Positions 49,723 to 60,347 of a stretch of DNA of 64,000 nt are shown in pieces. The notes under the pieces are model-generated. The model saw only the letters and a list, made by a program, of their open reading frames with translations, ran no database searches and was not told the DNA's origin. Position 1 is the first letter of the stretch. The number at the start of each line of letters is the position of its first letter. The translations under genes and the position numbers were made by a program. Location: the sequence record NC_048668.1; one strand, given 5' to 3'.

Positions 49723-51855
49723 ATGCCAGTATCACCGACGAAATATACTAAGATCTCCGACTTACCTAAAAAGGAAGTTATGGAGAACGATCAGTTTATC
49801 ATTAATACCAACGACACTAAGCTGGATCAAACGAGCGTAGCTTCTCTCTACGATATTCGTGAGGGCGTCTACTTCAGTAACGCAGCTAACACTATCACCG
49901 AAGGTCTGGCCTCCGTGGACGATGACGAGATGTTCTTTGTCTACGACACTGCAGCTAAGTTCTCTGTCCTTCAGTACATGAAGGTTCGTAACCAGGCATC
50001 ACCTGTCATTGGTTCCGATGGCAAACAACGCCGTTTCCCTACTTATCTTTCCATGTTGAATGTAACTGCTATCTCGGAAACGTCCGGTTACGACATCATC
50101 GGTAAGGTTGACAATTTCGCCGCTCTACGTTCTATCAAACCTACCTACACAGGTCAGCGCGTTATCCTGGCTGGGTATTTCTCTGGTAGCTCTTTGGGAT
50201 CCGGGGAATTTGTGGGGTACGCAGGGACAGCTAACGATGATGGCGGTACTACTGCCTCAGGTGATGGCTTTTATTGGAAGCGGAACAAGACTGCCTTTAC
50301 GCTCGAAGATTTCGGTGGCGGTCAAGTAGACGATACTGAAGCAATGCGTGCATCTCAGAAAGCACAAGTAGGTCCTATTACCCTCTCCCCAGGTAAAACC
50401 TATTATTACTCATCCCCGGTAAAACATTATTCTAAAGCCGGCTGGATTGGTAACGGTGCTTCTATCGTATTCAGAGGGACAGGTAACCGAATTCCGTTTA
50501 TCTCTTCTCCGACTACAGCCGCTGGCGTTGATAACGACCGCGCAAACGGAAGTACTGCCGTAACTGGAGCTATCTTTAAAGACCTGACTATTGACGTCAA
50601 CTATGTCGATACTACGGGTGCATTAGGCTTTGAGTTTGGCGAGAACACGTTAGACAACTGGACGAATTGCGTCTTTACTAACGTGACATTCAAGAACGGT
50701 AAGTTCGATAACTTGGGGCTGCAGAATAACTCCACCGATAACCAGTTTATCCGCTGTACTTTCATTAACGCAGGTGAAGACTCGGTTACTGTACGCGGCG
50801 GTTGTCTCCGTAATGAGTTTGTTGAATGTGATGTTGTCAATAGCGCCCAGGTAGCTCACCGAGACGGAACCTTCTACGGAGACGGTATCGTCAACAAAGG
50901 TCGTGATACCTTGATCAAAAGCTGTCGCTTCATCAATATCGGTAATGGTAAGAAAGGCGCGGGTATTGCGAATAACGCTGAAGATACCAAGAACGCTGAC
51001 GAAGCTAGTAACGGTACTTACCTCAACAACTATTTCATTAACTGTTATGGCGGTTTTGGTTTCGGTACGGTTAACCCAGACTTCATCGCAGCAGGTGATT
51101 TGATTAAAGGTATCAAGGCTATCGGAAACGTATTTGTAAATACGCTTCGCACCGTGATAGGTATTCGTGATCTTTACCAACCGGTTCTGTTGGATAACGT
51201 TATCCTTACCCAGACCACCGGTAACGTAACCACGATTGAGATTACCAACTGCACCAACTTCCAAATGACCGGTCGTGTTACAGATGCCGCTGGCTCCGCT
51301 ATTACGATTACGTCTTCCTCGGGTAAAGTTGATTTGGTGGCGGATAATGTCTCCACGACCAAGACACTCAACGGGGTGGTTATTACCGACAGTAATCGGA
51401 TTACGGGCAGTATCCGTTTGATCAATGCTCAACGCCGCGGCTGTACTTTCTCTAACTGTAACAACATGGACTTAGACCTCTACGTTGAGTCGCCTGCACA
51501 GGACGCGCTGGAAGCAGTTGGCTGTCGTTACTCTAACTTAGATGTTAAGTTGGTGAACGTCCCTGAACACGGTATGACATTGAACGGCGTTGTTGAAAGT
51601 AATATCAAGTTCAACATCAATGATGCGGGAGTTAAAACTCCATCTGCATTTTATCCGATCCGGTTACTGGGTGTACGTAACAGTATCCTCAGCGGAGTAT
51701 CGTCTTCGGCTAATGCGAATAAACCACTTTACGATATTACATCCGATGCTAATAACGTAAACGTATTAATCGCCAATAGTCGTCTTGGAGCGGGTACTAC
51801 GGGTAAAGTACAGGTTGGTCAAGGGTCTACTATTACCCAGAACAATATCATCTAG
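49723..51855 (+). CDS. Tailspike/putative depolymerase 3
   Basis: KISDLP anchor, GSGEF...DDGG module, EDFGGGQVDDT pectate-lyase-3-like start, beta-helix repeats. Confidence 0.87.
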   Translation: MPVSPTKYTKISDLPKKEVMENDQFIINTNDTKLDQTSVASLYDIREGVYFSNAANTITEGLASVDDDEMFFVYDTAAKFSVLQYMKVRNQASPVIGSDGKQRRFPTYLSMLNVTAISETSGYDIIGKVDNFAALRSIKPTYTGQRVILAGYFSGSSLGSGEFVGYAGTANDDGGTTASGDGFYWKRNKTAFTLEDFGGGQVDDTEAMRASQKAQVGPITLSPGKTYYYSSPVKHYSKAGWIGNGASIVFRGTGNRIPFISSPTTAAGVDNDRANGSTAVTGAIFKDLTIDVNYVDTTGALGFEFGENTLDNWTNCVFTNVTFKNGKFDNLGLQNNSTDNQFIRCTFINAGEDSVTVRGGCLRNEFVECDVVNSAQVAHRDGTFYGDGIVNKGRDTLIKSCRFINIGNGKKGAGIANNAEDTKNADEASNGTYLNNYFINCYGGFGFGTVNPDFIAAGDLIKGIKAIGNVFVNTLRTVIGIRDLYQPVLLDNVILTQTTGNVTTIEITNCTNFQMTGRVTDAAGSAITITSSSGKVDLVADNVSTTKTLNGVVITDSNRITGSIRLINAQRRGCTFSNCNNMDLDLYVESPAQDALEAVGCRYSNLDVKLVNVPEHGMTLNGVVESNIKFNINDAGVKTPSAFYPIRLLGVRNSILSGVSSSANANKPLYDITSDANNVNVLIANSRLGAGTTGKVQVGQGSTITQNNII

Positions 51856-51930
51856 TCATACGGCCAGGGGTTTCCCTGGCCTATGTTTGTTCATATGACA
51901 GTTTCCTAAAACAATCAGGATAAGTATACA

Positions 51931-53943
51931 ATGGCCGATAAATCACCAGTTAAAATATCTCAGTTACCCGAGCCTACCGGGACTGGGATTAACGATAGCG
52001 ACATCTTCGCGGCATCCCGTATAACGGGAGCAGATAAGTTAGAGACTCAACGTATCACTGTCAGCGAATTGCGTAAGCTGATGGATTACGGTAATGCATT
52101 CTCTGACTTGAACGCAGCTATTGCAGCAACCGTTAAAGATCAACAGTTTTACGTATTCGTTGATGACTCGAAAGAGTTCGTTTACCGTTACGTGAACATG
52201 GGCGGAATTGCTTCCCCAGTTCTCGATATGTCAGGTAATCCGCTCAGGGAACCAACCAAAGAACTTGTTAAACATCTTGAACAAATACGTTCTAGTGTCG
52301 GTTTCGGATTGATTGGCCAGATTAAATCATTCGATGAGCTACGGGCAACAGAGCCTACCTTCCCTGGTCAGCGTGTATTACTCAGCGGATATCGAGATGG
52401 CGCTAACTACGGCGGAGGGGAATTCTTCCACGACGTAGCTGACAAAAATACAGCCGACAATTCAGGTACAGTGGCAGTTACCCCAGGAGGGGCGCGCTGG
52501 AAACGGGTTATCGTTGACACATCTACTAACCATGCCGAGTGGTGGGGTGTACATTACTCTCAGGCAGATAACGCAGTTGCGTTAAAGAAGGCAGCAGACG
52601 CATCACGCAAAAAGATACTTATGCTTCCACAAGGTAGTAACGCTAACCCGATCGTAATTCGTAGCCCTATCGTATTCCAGACTAACTGCGGGATTAAACT
52701 GCGCGGCTGCGGTGTCAAAGACTCCACGACCATCTCTGTTCAAATCGGCCCTGGTTATGAAACCTACGGAGCCCTTCACTTCCCTGGCCGTAACCCTACC
52801 ACCAATGCGATGGAAGCCGGTTTCGCTGGGATTGAAATTAGTAACGTTCAGTTGTTGGGTAACTTGAGTACCTGTCGTGGCATTTATCTTCAGTACCAAT
52901 ATCAGTCTCTGTTCAGTTACGTTAACGTAGAGCGCTTCAACGGTGCCGGTCTTTATCTTGATAAGAGCCAAGATAGCGATTTCAACTTCTTTAACGTTTG
53001 GGATTGTGGTCGTACTAACGGGGATCGTACATCTAACGTTGATACGTTCGACATGACGAAAACAGCGGAGTCTCCGATCGTAGCAGTTAGTACCATTACT
53101 AACGACTTCTGTAACTATCTCCGTTTCAACGACTGTCAGTTCGAAGATAACCACGTATGCCCGGTTATGGACCTTAACTGGGGTATTGAGAACTACATCA
53201 ACAACTGTCACGTTGAGTTTAACGCTAACTGGAACATCACGGGAGCACCCACCCCATACTTCCTTAAGATGCAACAGGGCGTAACTAAAATCAACGGAGG
53301 CGGTATTGCCGAGTATCAGGGCATTCAGCATAATTACGGTGAACTCTATCTCCGTGATGTTCGATGTTCCCCAGGTATCGTTTACACCATGCTTAACGAT
53401 GTAACGAGCCGTGCAGAATTCCACGGGATCAGTTTCTATTCAATCCCTGGGTTGGCACGTAAACGATTCACTAAGTTTGAGTATTGTAACTTCTCCCAAC
53501 CAGTTACATTAGCGTACCCTAACTCGGATATCTGGTTTGATAAATGTACGTTCGTGGGAGATTTCACTACTACCCATGCTGGTGCAGATCTCCGTATGAC
53601 AATCAGAGGTTGTTACTTCAATGCTAACGTAACTATCGCAGACGATACGACTAACGTATTCATGGACGGGTGTTATATCGCAGGTGATGCCAACTATGGT
53701 TCAGGCGGCGGGATGTGGGGTAACAACAAAGTACTCGGTACGTTTACTCAAACGAGTAATGGTGTTCGCTGGGTAACTCCTACGTTCAAGCAAGTGGTAG
53801 GTACAAGTGCCCCAACGACCGGATCCTTCAGAGTCGGTGATTTGTGCTGGAATACTGCACCTACTGCCGGAGGCGTCACTCACTGGCGTTGTGTCACGGC
53901 AGGTAGTCCTGGTACCTGGCGCGCAGTCTCAATTGTTTCCTAA
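51931..53943 (+). CDS. Tailspike/putative depolymerase 4
   Basis: VKISQLP anchor, GGGEF module, beta-helix, C-terminal APTTGSFRVGD..W..P.AGG..W.C...G.PGTW motif. Confidence 0.87.
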   Translation: MADKSPVKISQLPEPTGTGINDSDIFAASRITGADKLETQRITVSELRKLMDYGNAFSDLNAAIAATVKDQQFYVFVDDSKEFVYRYVNMGGIASPVLDMSGNPLREPTKELVKHLEQIRSSVGFGLIGQIKSFDELRATEPTFPGQRVLLSGYRDGANYGGGEFFHDVADKNTADNSGTVAVTPGGARWKRVIVDTSTNHAEWWGVHYSQADNAVALKKAADASRKKILMLPQGSNANPIVIRSPIVFQTNCGIKLRGCGVKDSTTISVQIGPGYETYGALHFPGRNPTTNAMEAGFAGIEISNVQLLGNLSTCRGIYLQYQYQSLFSYVNVERFNGAGLYLDKSQDSDFNFFNVWDCGRTNGDRTSNVDTFDMTKTAESPIVAVSTITNDFCNYLRFNDCQFEDNHVCPVMDLNWGIENYINNCHVEFNANWNITGAPTPYFLKMQQGVTKINGGGIAEYQGIQHNYGELYLRDVRCSPGIVYTMLNDVTSRAEFHGISFYSIPGLARKRFTKFEYCNFSQPVTLAYPNSDIWFDKCTFVGDFTTTHAGADLRMTIRGCYFNANVTIADDTTNVFMDGCYIAGDANYGSGGGMWGNNKVLGTFTQTSNGVRWVTPTFKQVVGTSAPTTGSFRVGDLCWNTAPTAGGVTHWRCVTAGSPGTWRAVSIVS

Positions 53944-53947
53944 AACC

Positions 53948-53976
53948 AGAGGAGGGGAAACCCTCCTCTTTTATTT
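53948..53976 (+). terminator. Terminator
   Basis: AGAGGAGGG-GAAA-CCCTCCTCT-TTTATTTT. Confidence 0.85.
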
Positions 53977-54020
53977 TGGGTTCCTATGAATATTTACACA
54001 ATACCATGAGGCTCACGTCC

Positions 54021-57000
54021 ATGTCAGATAACGATTTACAATTGCGCATTACCGAGTTGCCGAAGTTAGACCACTTCGATTCCAACTCTGTTCTCCCTGC
54101 GGTAGGGCGTAGTCAAGGCACTAAGATGACAGGTAAAGTTAACTTCCGTGAAATGCGGAGTTACTTCGATTTGTCAAACGCCTACGAAACCATTAAGGAC
54201 GGTGTCGATGCCACTAAGTTAGGCGATACGTTCTTCGTCTACTCTGATGGCACCAAAGTATTCGCCAACGAATACCAGAACATCGGTGGCGCTGCCACTC
54301 CAATCCAAGATCCCAAAGAAGGGGTCATCTATTACCCAACGCGTATGGGTATTGTAGGTAGTCTGGCTGCCGGTGCTACCGTAGGTAGCTTTGATGAACT
54401 CCGTAACACTCGCCCGTTAAAAGAGGGTGTTAGCATTTATCTCAGTAGCTATTATAAAGGCCTTAATAAAGGTGGCGGTGAGTTTATTGGCTATTACGGT
54501 AAACGCGCCGACGATGGCGGCATGGTAGCCGGTGACGGGAATAACTACTACTGGGTACGTAACGCTAACTTCGTCACTCCGGAAATGTTTGGTGCTTACG
54601 GTACTCCAGATAAAGATGACTCAGCTGCTATAGAAGGGGCACTGAACTCAGGATTAGATGTTCAGTTCGACGGTAGCGCTACTTATATCGCAAACCGTAC
54701 CCTTGTCCTGAAGTCAATCAAGTGGCAACAATTCATTGACGGTAACGGAGCATGGATCAAGTATAGCGATAAATCCCGTGGTTTGATTAACGAGATTGAC
54801 GCCAATGGTGTTACCCAGCGTTACACGAAGTTCCGTAGCTTCTTCAACTTGAATCTCCAGGGTCCTGCTACCAAGAACTCTAAGTGGAACGACGTTAACC
54901 AGTGCGATGCTCTGTGCATTAGTTACGGTGTAGTTGAGAACTGTAACTTCTACGGATGGTCTAACGCCCTGCGTGGTTTCGGTGAAGCCTACGTAAACAA
55001 CTGCTTCGGTGACGACCTTCGTACAGCAATGTTCTCCTGCTACGATCCAGGGCATAACGAAATCACTAACAGTTCGGTTGGTTGGTGTTCTGGTGACGCT
55101 ATCATCCTTAAAGGTGGTTCAGGTAAAGCTCACAACGTCGATATCGTCTACGCAGGCTGTATTGACAAAAACAACGAAGACGGCGCTACGGCTCTCCCAG
55201 GTTGTATCGTGTCATGTGGCGCAGATGGTGCCGGATCTCAAAACATCCAGATCTCCAACATCAGTTGCCAGTACTTCGGTTGTGCTGGTCTGAACATCCA
55301 GGGTGACGGCGTAACGGTTTCCGGTGACATGAACCTGGGGTCTATCTACGAAGATAACTTCCAGTACGCTAACCAAGCAGCTGCCTTGTGGATTGGCGCT
55401 AAGAACTTCACCATCGGTAACTTGCACTTTAACAAAGTACACGTCGGTGTAGGGATCAACGGTAACTGCGCGAATGGTTCGATTGGTAAGATTCGGATCA
55501 TGAGCAAAACCAACCTGGCAGGATCTACTCTGTTCTCGGCAACAGATGGCCCTAACTCCCAGATCACCAAAGTTATCGTGGACGCAATTGACTTCCTCGG
55601 CGCCTCTACGATTAACAACGACGTTTACATCAACACCGATGGCCTGTATCTGAAATCGTTCTATATCCAGTCCTTGAACAACCTTCAAGGCGGTTATACG
55701 GTTGCTCTGCGTAAGAACGCCCGTATCGGTAAAATGATTCTGGCAGCAACGACTTCAGCAAGTACGAGTCCGGTAATGCTCATCGAGAGCGATTCTGTCA
55801 TCGATGAACTGGAGTTCCGTCGTAACTTCGGTACTGCATTGGTGGTTGAGAATAATGCTCGCCCGGCGATCAAGCGTCTTTCCTTCCAGTACAAACAAGG
55901 TATTGCTGCACCGTTCATTATTAAAGGTGACGGTACCATGACCTTGAACTGGGGTGACGTCGATATGTTCGGTCCGAGTGTGGCTCGTCCTCAGATCGCT
56001 GGTAAGCTCGTAATGAACTCTTACCAAGGCCCTACGTTCCGTCCGTTTGATGCAGCCGTATATGCAGGCGTTTCTGTACCTAATCGCGTGTTCCAGGGTA
56101 TAGAAGAAATGCGTATGGTAGGTCCGTCCAAAGAAGGTGACACCGCTTACCTTTCTGGTTATTACCTTAACAGTACCAGTACATTAGGTAGCGGTACTTT
56201 CATCGGACACATTGGCGCTGCTCCTGTGGCAGACGACAAAGGTTGTTTGATCGTAGGTAACGGTTACTGGTGGGAACGTATCGTGGCTGGCCCTCTAGAT
56301 GTATTCATGTTCGGGGCTAAAGGCGACTTTAACGTAACCACCCAATCTGGTACGGATGACTCGGATTCATTCATCAGCACTATTGCCGCTGCCATTCGTT
56401 TAAACTACCGTGACGTATTGGTCCCTGCCGGTTACAACTACTACCTGACTAAAACCATCAACCCAGGTGGTGTAGGTTATCGCGGTAATAAAGGCGTTGC
56501 TATCCGCGGCGGGTCTACCGCCAACACGAATATCTTCTTCAACCCAGCTACCAATGGAACTGCATGTTTTGAGATTCTCGGTGGTTCAGGTATTCACTCA
56601 GGACGCGAAGTTTCTGGTTTTACGATTCAGCCCGTTAACAGTAAACTTTACACTGGTGTTGGTATTCGTTACGCCGGCTGTTGCTTCGTAAGGCCTGCTA
56701 ACTTCAATATCATCATGAAGTTCGATATAGCACTTCACTTACTGAACGACCAAGGCCCAGGGGTATTTACCGAATACAACAACTTCTTTAACTGGCGTCT
56801 GCACCGTTCACACGTTGATGTCCTGTTCGAAGTTAACGGTGGCGATAACTCGTTCCACGGTAACAGCTTCTACGAAAGTCAGATTCAGGTTAAAACGAAT
56901 CAGAACTTGGGTGACGGTAACACCGACGTAGGTATCGGTATTGAGTTAAGGGGCGTAACCGCACCAGCATACTGGTACGATGCTAAGGTATTTGTTGATA

Positions 57001-58064
57001 TCTTCGGCGGCCCAGGTGCTATCGGGATGAAACTTACCCGTGCTAACACTGACCACTTGATCGGAGGTATCAATGGCGAAGGTGATTTGATCTTCCAGAG
57101 CACCGATACCTCTGCTTTCGAGTTGGCGGGTGATCTGCGCAGTATTGGTAAGGTAACCTGGGATGTGGCCGCCGAACCAACCACGGGTCGAGCTGCTGTC
57201 TACATCTTCAATAACCGAATCAGTAACGAATCCAACTTCACCTCCCCACGGATGAATGGACTTAGTCCGAGACTTTTGAATCCTTCTCTGGCCGATAGAA
57301 CGGACAACGGGTCAGTTCCTGCTATATTCCGTGCAACTAAGTTAGACTATGACAGTATCTGTAACGCGGTGATTGGGTTGGCAAATAACCGCCACCTTTG
57401 GGGTTATATTCCACCTAACGGTAACCTGCAGAGTTTCGTACCTGGCGCAGCGCTATCGTTCGATGGCACCTCGTTTACTAGCTACAGTGATTCGTTTATT
57501 ATCGGGACCCAGAACAGAACCTTCTCCATTAATGGCACTGCTCTGTTCCCGTCTACTACAGGTAGCTTAACCCTTGGTCAGTCTCAATATCGCTGGAGTA
57601 GTATCTACCTCAATAACTTCGACATTGATTCAAATGGGATTAACCCGGTAGTAACTAATGCGATGTCAATTGGTAGTACGAGTAAGATCTTCAAGGATAT
57701 CTATCTCCAAAATGCTCCAACTGTTGTTTCCGATGAAAAGGATAAGGATGAAGTTTCCGAAATCCCTCCTGAGGTTATTGCTGCATGGGGTAAAATAAAC
57801 TTCTCTCAATGGAAAATGAAAACGGCCATTGACGAGAAGGGAGAGAAAGCCAGATTGCACGTTGGTGTAATCGCGCAAGATATACAGAAGGCTTTCCAGG
57901 AAGCTAATTTGGATGCCACGGATTACGGTATCTTAATTATCGAGAAAGACGAAGACGAGAACGAACAATGGATGGTTCGCATGGATGAGTGCCTTGTACT
58001 AGAGGCCGCTTACCAGCGTAGTCGTTTGGATGAGATTGAGAAATTACTTAAAGGTAAGAAATAG
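54021..58064 (+). CDS. Tailspike 5 with two tandem beta-helix modules and a C-terminal Peptidase S74 intramolecular chaperone
   Basis: RITELP anchor; the adaptor plus FGAxGD module occurs twice; VSDEKDK...HVGVIAQD...R.DE chaperone motifs. Likely start is ATG at 54021; the track start is 53976. Confidence 0.88.
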   Translation: MSDNDLQLRITELPKLDHFDSNSVLPAVGRSQGTKMTGKVNFREMRSYFDLSNAYETIKDGVDATKLGDTFFVYSDGTKVFANEYQNIGGAATPIQDPKEGVIYYPTRMGIVGSLAAGATVGSFDELRNTRPLKEGVSIYLSSYYKGLNKGGGEFIGYYGKRADDGGMVAGDGNNYYWVRNANFVTPEMFGAYGTPDKDDSAAIEGALNSGLDVQFDGSATYIANRTLVLKSIKWQQFIDGNGAWIKYSDKSRGLINEIDANGVTQRYTKFRSFFNLNLQGPATKNSKWNDVNQCDALCISYGVVENCNFYGWSNALRGFGEAYVNNCFGDDLRTAMFSCYDPGHNEITNSSVGWCSGDAIILKGGSGKAHNVDIVYAGCIDKNNEDGATALPGCIVSCGADGAGSQNIQISNISCQYFGCAGLNIQGDGVTVSGDMNLGSIYEDNFQYANQAAALWIGAKNFTIGNLHFNKVHVGVGINGNCANGSIGKIRIMSKTNLAGSTLFSATDGPNSQITKVIVDAIDFLGASTINNDVYINTDGLYLKSFYIQSLNNLQGGYTVALRKNARIGKMILAATTSASTSPVMLIESDSVIDELEFRRNFGTALVVENNARPAIKRLSFQYKQGIAAPFIIKGDGTMTLNWGDVDMFGPSVARPQIAGKLVMNSYQGPTFRPFDAAVYAGVSVPNRVFQGIEEMRMVGPSKEGDTAYLSGYYLNSTSTLGSGTFIGHIGAAPVADDKGCLIVGNGYWWERIVAGPLDVFMFGAKGDFNVTTQSGTDDSDSFISTIAAAIRLNYRDVLVPAGYNYYLTKTINPGGVGYRGNKGVAIRGGSTANTNIFFNPATNGTACFEILGGSGIHSGREVSGFTIQPVNSKLYTGVGIRYAGCCFVRPANFNIIMKFDIALHLLNDQGPGVFTEYNNFFNWRLHRSHVDVLFEVNGGDNSFHGNSFYESQIQVKTNQNLGDGNTDVGIGIELRGVTAPAYWYDAKVFVDIFGGPGAIGMKLTRANTDHLIGGINGEGDLIFQSTDTSAFELAGDLRSIGKVTWDVAAEPTTGRAAVYIFNNRISNESNFTSPRMNGLSPRLLNPSLADRTDNGSVPAIFRATKLDYDSICNAVIGLANNRHLWGYIPPNGNLQSFVPGAALSFDGTSFTSYSDSFIIGTQNRTFSINGTALFPSTTGSLTLGQSQYRWSSIYLNNFDIDSNGINPVVTNAMSIGSTSKIFKDIYLQNAPTVVSDEKDKDEVSEIPPEVIAAWGKINFSQWKMKTAIDEKGEKARLHVGVIAQDIQKAFQEANLDATDYGILIIEKDEDENEQWMVRMDECLVLEAAYQRSRLDEIEKLLKGKK

Positions 58065-58139
58065 ACATAGCGCGGAGGGGAAACCCTCCGCCTATTTTGT
58101 TCCTATGAAACATTACTCTCTTATACTAGGTGCAAACCC

Positions 58140-60335
58140 ATGGCCGATAATTTCAGCGGTATTAAGATTAGTCAGTTAGACGATCCTAATCGTATTAACG
58201 ACAACGATATCATCCCGTTCACTAACGATGACATGGGCGATAAACAAACACGTAAAATAAAGTTAAGTGCCCTACGTGATCAGCTCAATTACGATAACGC
58301 TTTCCTAACCGTGCAGGAAGGTTTAGCCAACACTATCCCAGGACAGATCTTCCACGTATACGTTGACGACACTCAGTTAGAAGTCTACGCGTACCTTAAC
58401 AGTAATGGTGCAGCAGAGATCGTCCAAGATGCGCAGGGTAATCCTTTTAAAGGACAAACCGCCAAAGCGCTGGACTTCATTCGTGGTGAGTTAGGACTTA
58501 CCATGATCGGTCACGTAAGTTCCTTTGCACGACTGCGCGAAATCAAACCTCCTTTCGAAGGTGCTATTGTAGAACTTCTGGGTTGGAACGAGGGCTCCAC
58601 TTACGGCGGTGGTCGTTTCCAAGGCAATCTGTCTACGGGAGCTGACGACAACGGTATTGTTGCGGCAGGCGACGGTTTCCAATGGCGTCGCATTAATGTC
58701 GACGAAGGCATTAACCCAGAGTGGTTCGGTTACGTGAATGGTTCAGGTAATGACGTATCCACTACGTTGAAACAAGCCATTGCTCAGGCGGTTAACCTGA
58801 AACGTCCTGTTGTATTCCGCGATGGGGCTCAAATGAGTCTAGCGGTAGCAGGGATTGAAATTCCAGTAGGCGTTGATCTTACTGTGGCTAACGGTGGGAG
58901 AGCTTACTTTGAAATCACTCACGAAATCGAAACAACCGGACAGTTCCTTGTCAAAAGTAAAAACCGAATCTCCGGACTTGTCTTCAACTACCCGAAACAA
59001 ACGAAAGACATCAATGCTAAGCCGATTGTGCGTTACGGACCTATTTTTGTCGGTGCTGGATTTTATTCTTCTTTCACGGGAATAAACGTAGGTAACGCAT
59101 ACTACGGATTTAAGATCGGCGGTAATGACGAAGGCTCCGCATCGTACATCACGATGAAAGACATTAACGGCGCCCCTATCTATCGTGGAATTTCACTTGA
59201 CCGCGTTCTGGACATCCCTCGTATTTCTGATATCCATTGGAACTACAACATGTACCTGAACTCCGATCAGGACTACGCACCATCTCTGAAACAGTGGATC
59301 CATGAGAATGGTGAGGCGTTCCATTTTGGTCGTGTTGACTTTGCTGAGGTACAACGTATCTTTGCATTCGGGTACAGTAAAGGTATCTTCCTGAGAGGTG
59401 AGCGTTATGCGGGGAGCGCTGATTCCATTCGCTTCACGGGTTGCGATATGGACATCTGTGTTAACCCTATCTACGCTCAGAACTTTAGTGGTCAGTTAGT
59501 TATTCGTAACGGTAAGTTCACGGGTAACGGTAATAACCTGAATGGGTTGACTGCGCCGGCTAACGGTTGTTTCAACTACTTCCAACGCGTGTCTCCGTAT
59601 GCACGAGTCATCTTGGATTCAGTTACCATGAACAACTACGACCGCGATGCTATTCGTACGGGTAACGACACGGTCATCAGTAACAGTAAGATCTACTCTT
59701 ACGGCTTGGACAAACAGCAACGTGCAGCAGTAGCTATCATTACCGATAGCAATGCGTCGTTGACTGTAGATGCTTGTTACTTCGATGCTACTGGTCAACA
59801 GAACCGCGGCATTACAGGTATCAGTACTACCGGTCAGTTGTTAATCACTAACGGTACTCAAATCCTTAACGCTTCGTTAGAAGGGTATCGTTGGTTAACC
59901 GGTTTTGCGCTAGTTGAAGAAGGTTGTCGTATCGATGGTCCATCTCGTAACATCAACACGTTCATCACCAATGTCCGTCGCACTATGTACACGGATAATC
60001 TCCCTACCGCAGGCGGTGGATGGATTCGCGGCGATAAAGCGATGTTGACTAACCCCGGTATCGGTACCCAGGCAACCCAGGGCACCTACACTATCCTGGG
60101 CTGGATACGCATCACTGCCTCTAATGCCGAAGGTACCAACCACGTATTAGGTGTTGACTGGTTAGAGATCAGATCTCAAATTGAACCTGTCCCTAAGTTC
60201 AGTTCAGCAGGTAGCGTACGACCAGCGGTAACTGCCATTGGCTATTACTTCTTCGACACCACATTAGGTAAACCAATTTATCTCAAATCTGCTAACCCAG
60301 CTGTTTGGGTTGATGGCAACGGTAACCCTGTTTAA
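58140..60335 (+). CDS. Tailspike/putative depolymerase 6
   Basis: IKISQL anchor, GGGRF module, PEWFG, beta-helix, C-terminal RP....GY.FFDTTLGKPI...W.DGNG motif. Confidence 0.87.
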   Translation: MADNFSGIKISQLDDPNRINDNDIIPFTNDDMGDKQTRKIKLSALRDQLNYDNAFLTVQEGLANTIPGQIFHVYVDDTQLEVYAYLNSNGAAEIVQDAQGNPFKGQTAKALDFIRGELGLTMIGHVSSFARLREIKPPFEGAIVELLGWNEGSTYGGGRFQGNLSTGADDNGIVAAGDGFQWRRINVDEGINPEWFGYVNGSGNDVSTTLKQAIAQAVNLKRPVVFRDGAQMSLAVAGIEIPVGVDLTVANGGRAYFEITHEIETTGQFLVKSKNRISGLVFNYPKQTKDINAKPIVRYGPIFVGAGFYSSFTGINVGNAYYGFKIGGNDEGSASYITMKDINGAPIYRGISLDRVLDIPRISDIHWNYNMYLNSDQDYAPSLKQWIHENGEAFHFGRVDFAEVQRIFAFGYSKGIFLRGERYAGSADSIRFTGCDMDICVNPIYAQNFSGQLVIRNGKFTGNGNNLNGLTAPANGCFNYFQRVSPYARVILDSVTMNNYDRDAIRTGNDTVISNSKIYSYGLDKQQRAAVAIITDSNASLTVDACYFDATGQQNRGITGISTTGQLLITNGTQILNASLEGYRWLTGFALVEEGCRIDGPSRNINTFITNVRRTMYTDNLPTAGGGWIRGDKAMLTNPGIGTQATQGTYTILGWIRITASNAEGTNHVLGVDWLEIRSQIEPVPKFSSAGSVRPAVTAIGYYFFDTTLGKPIYLKSANPAVWVDGNGNPV

Positions 60336-60347
60336 TAAGGTATTAAA

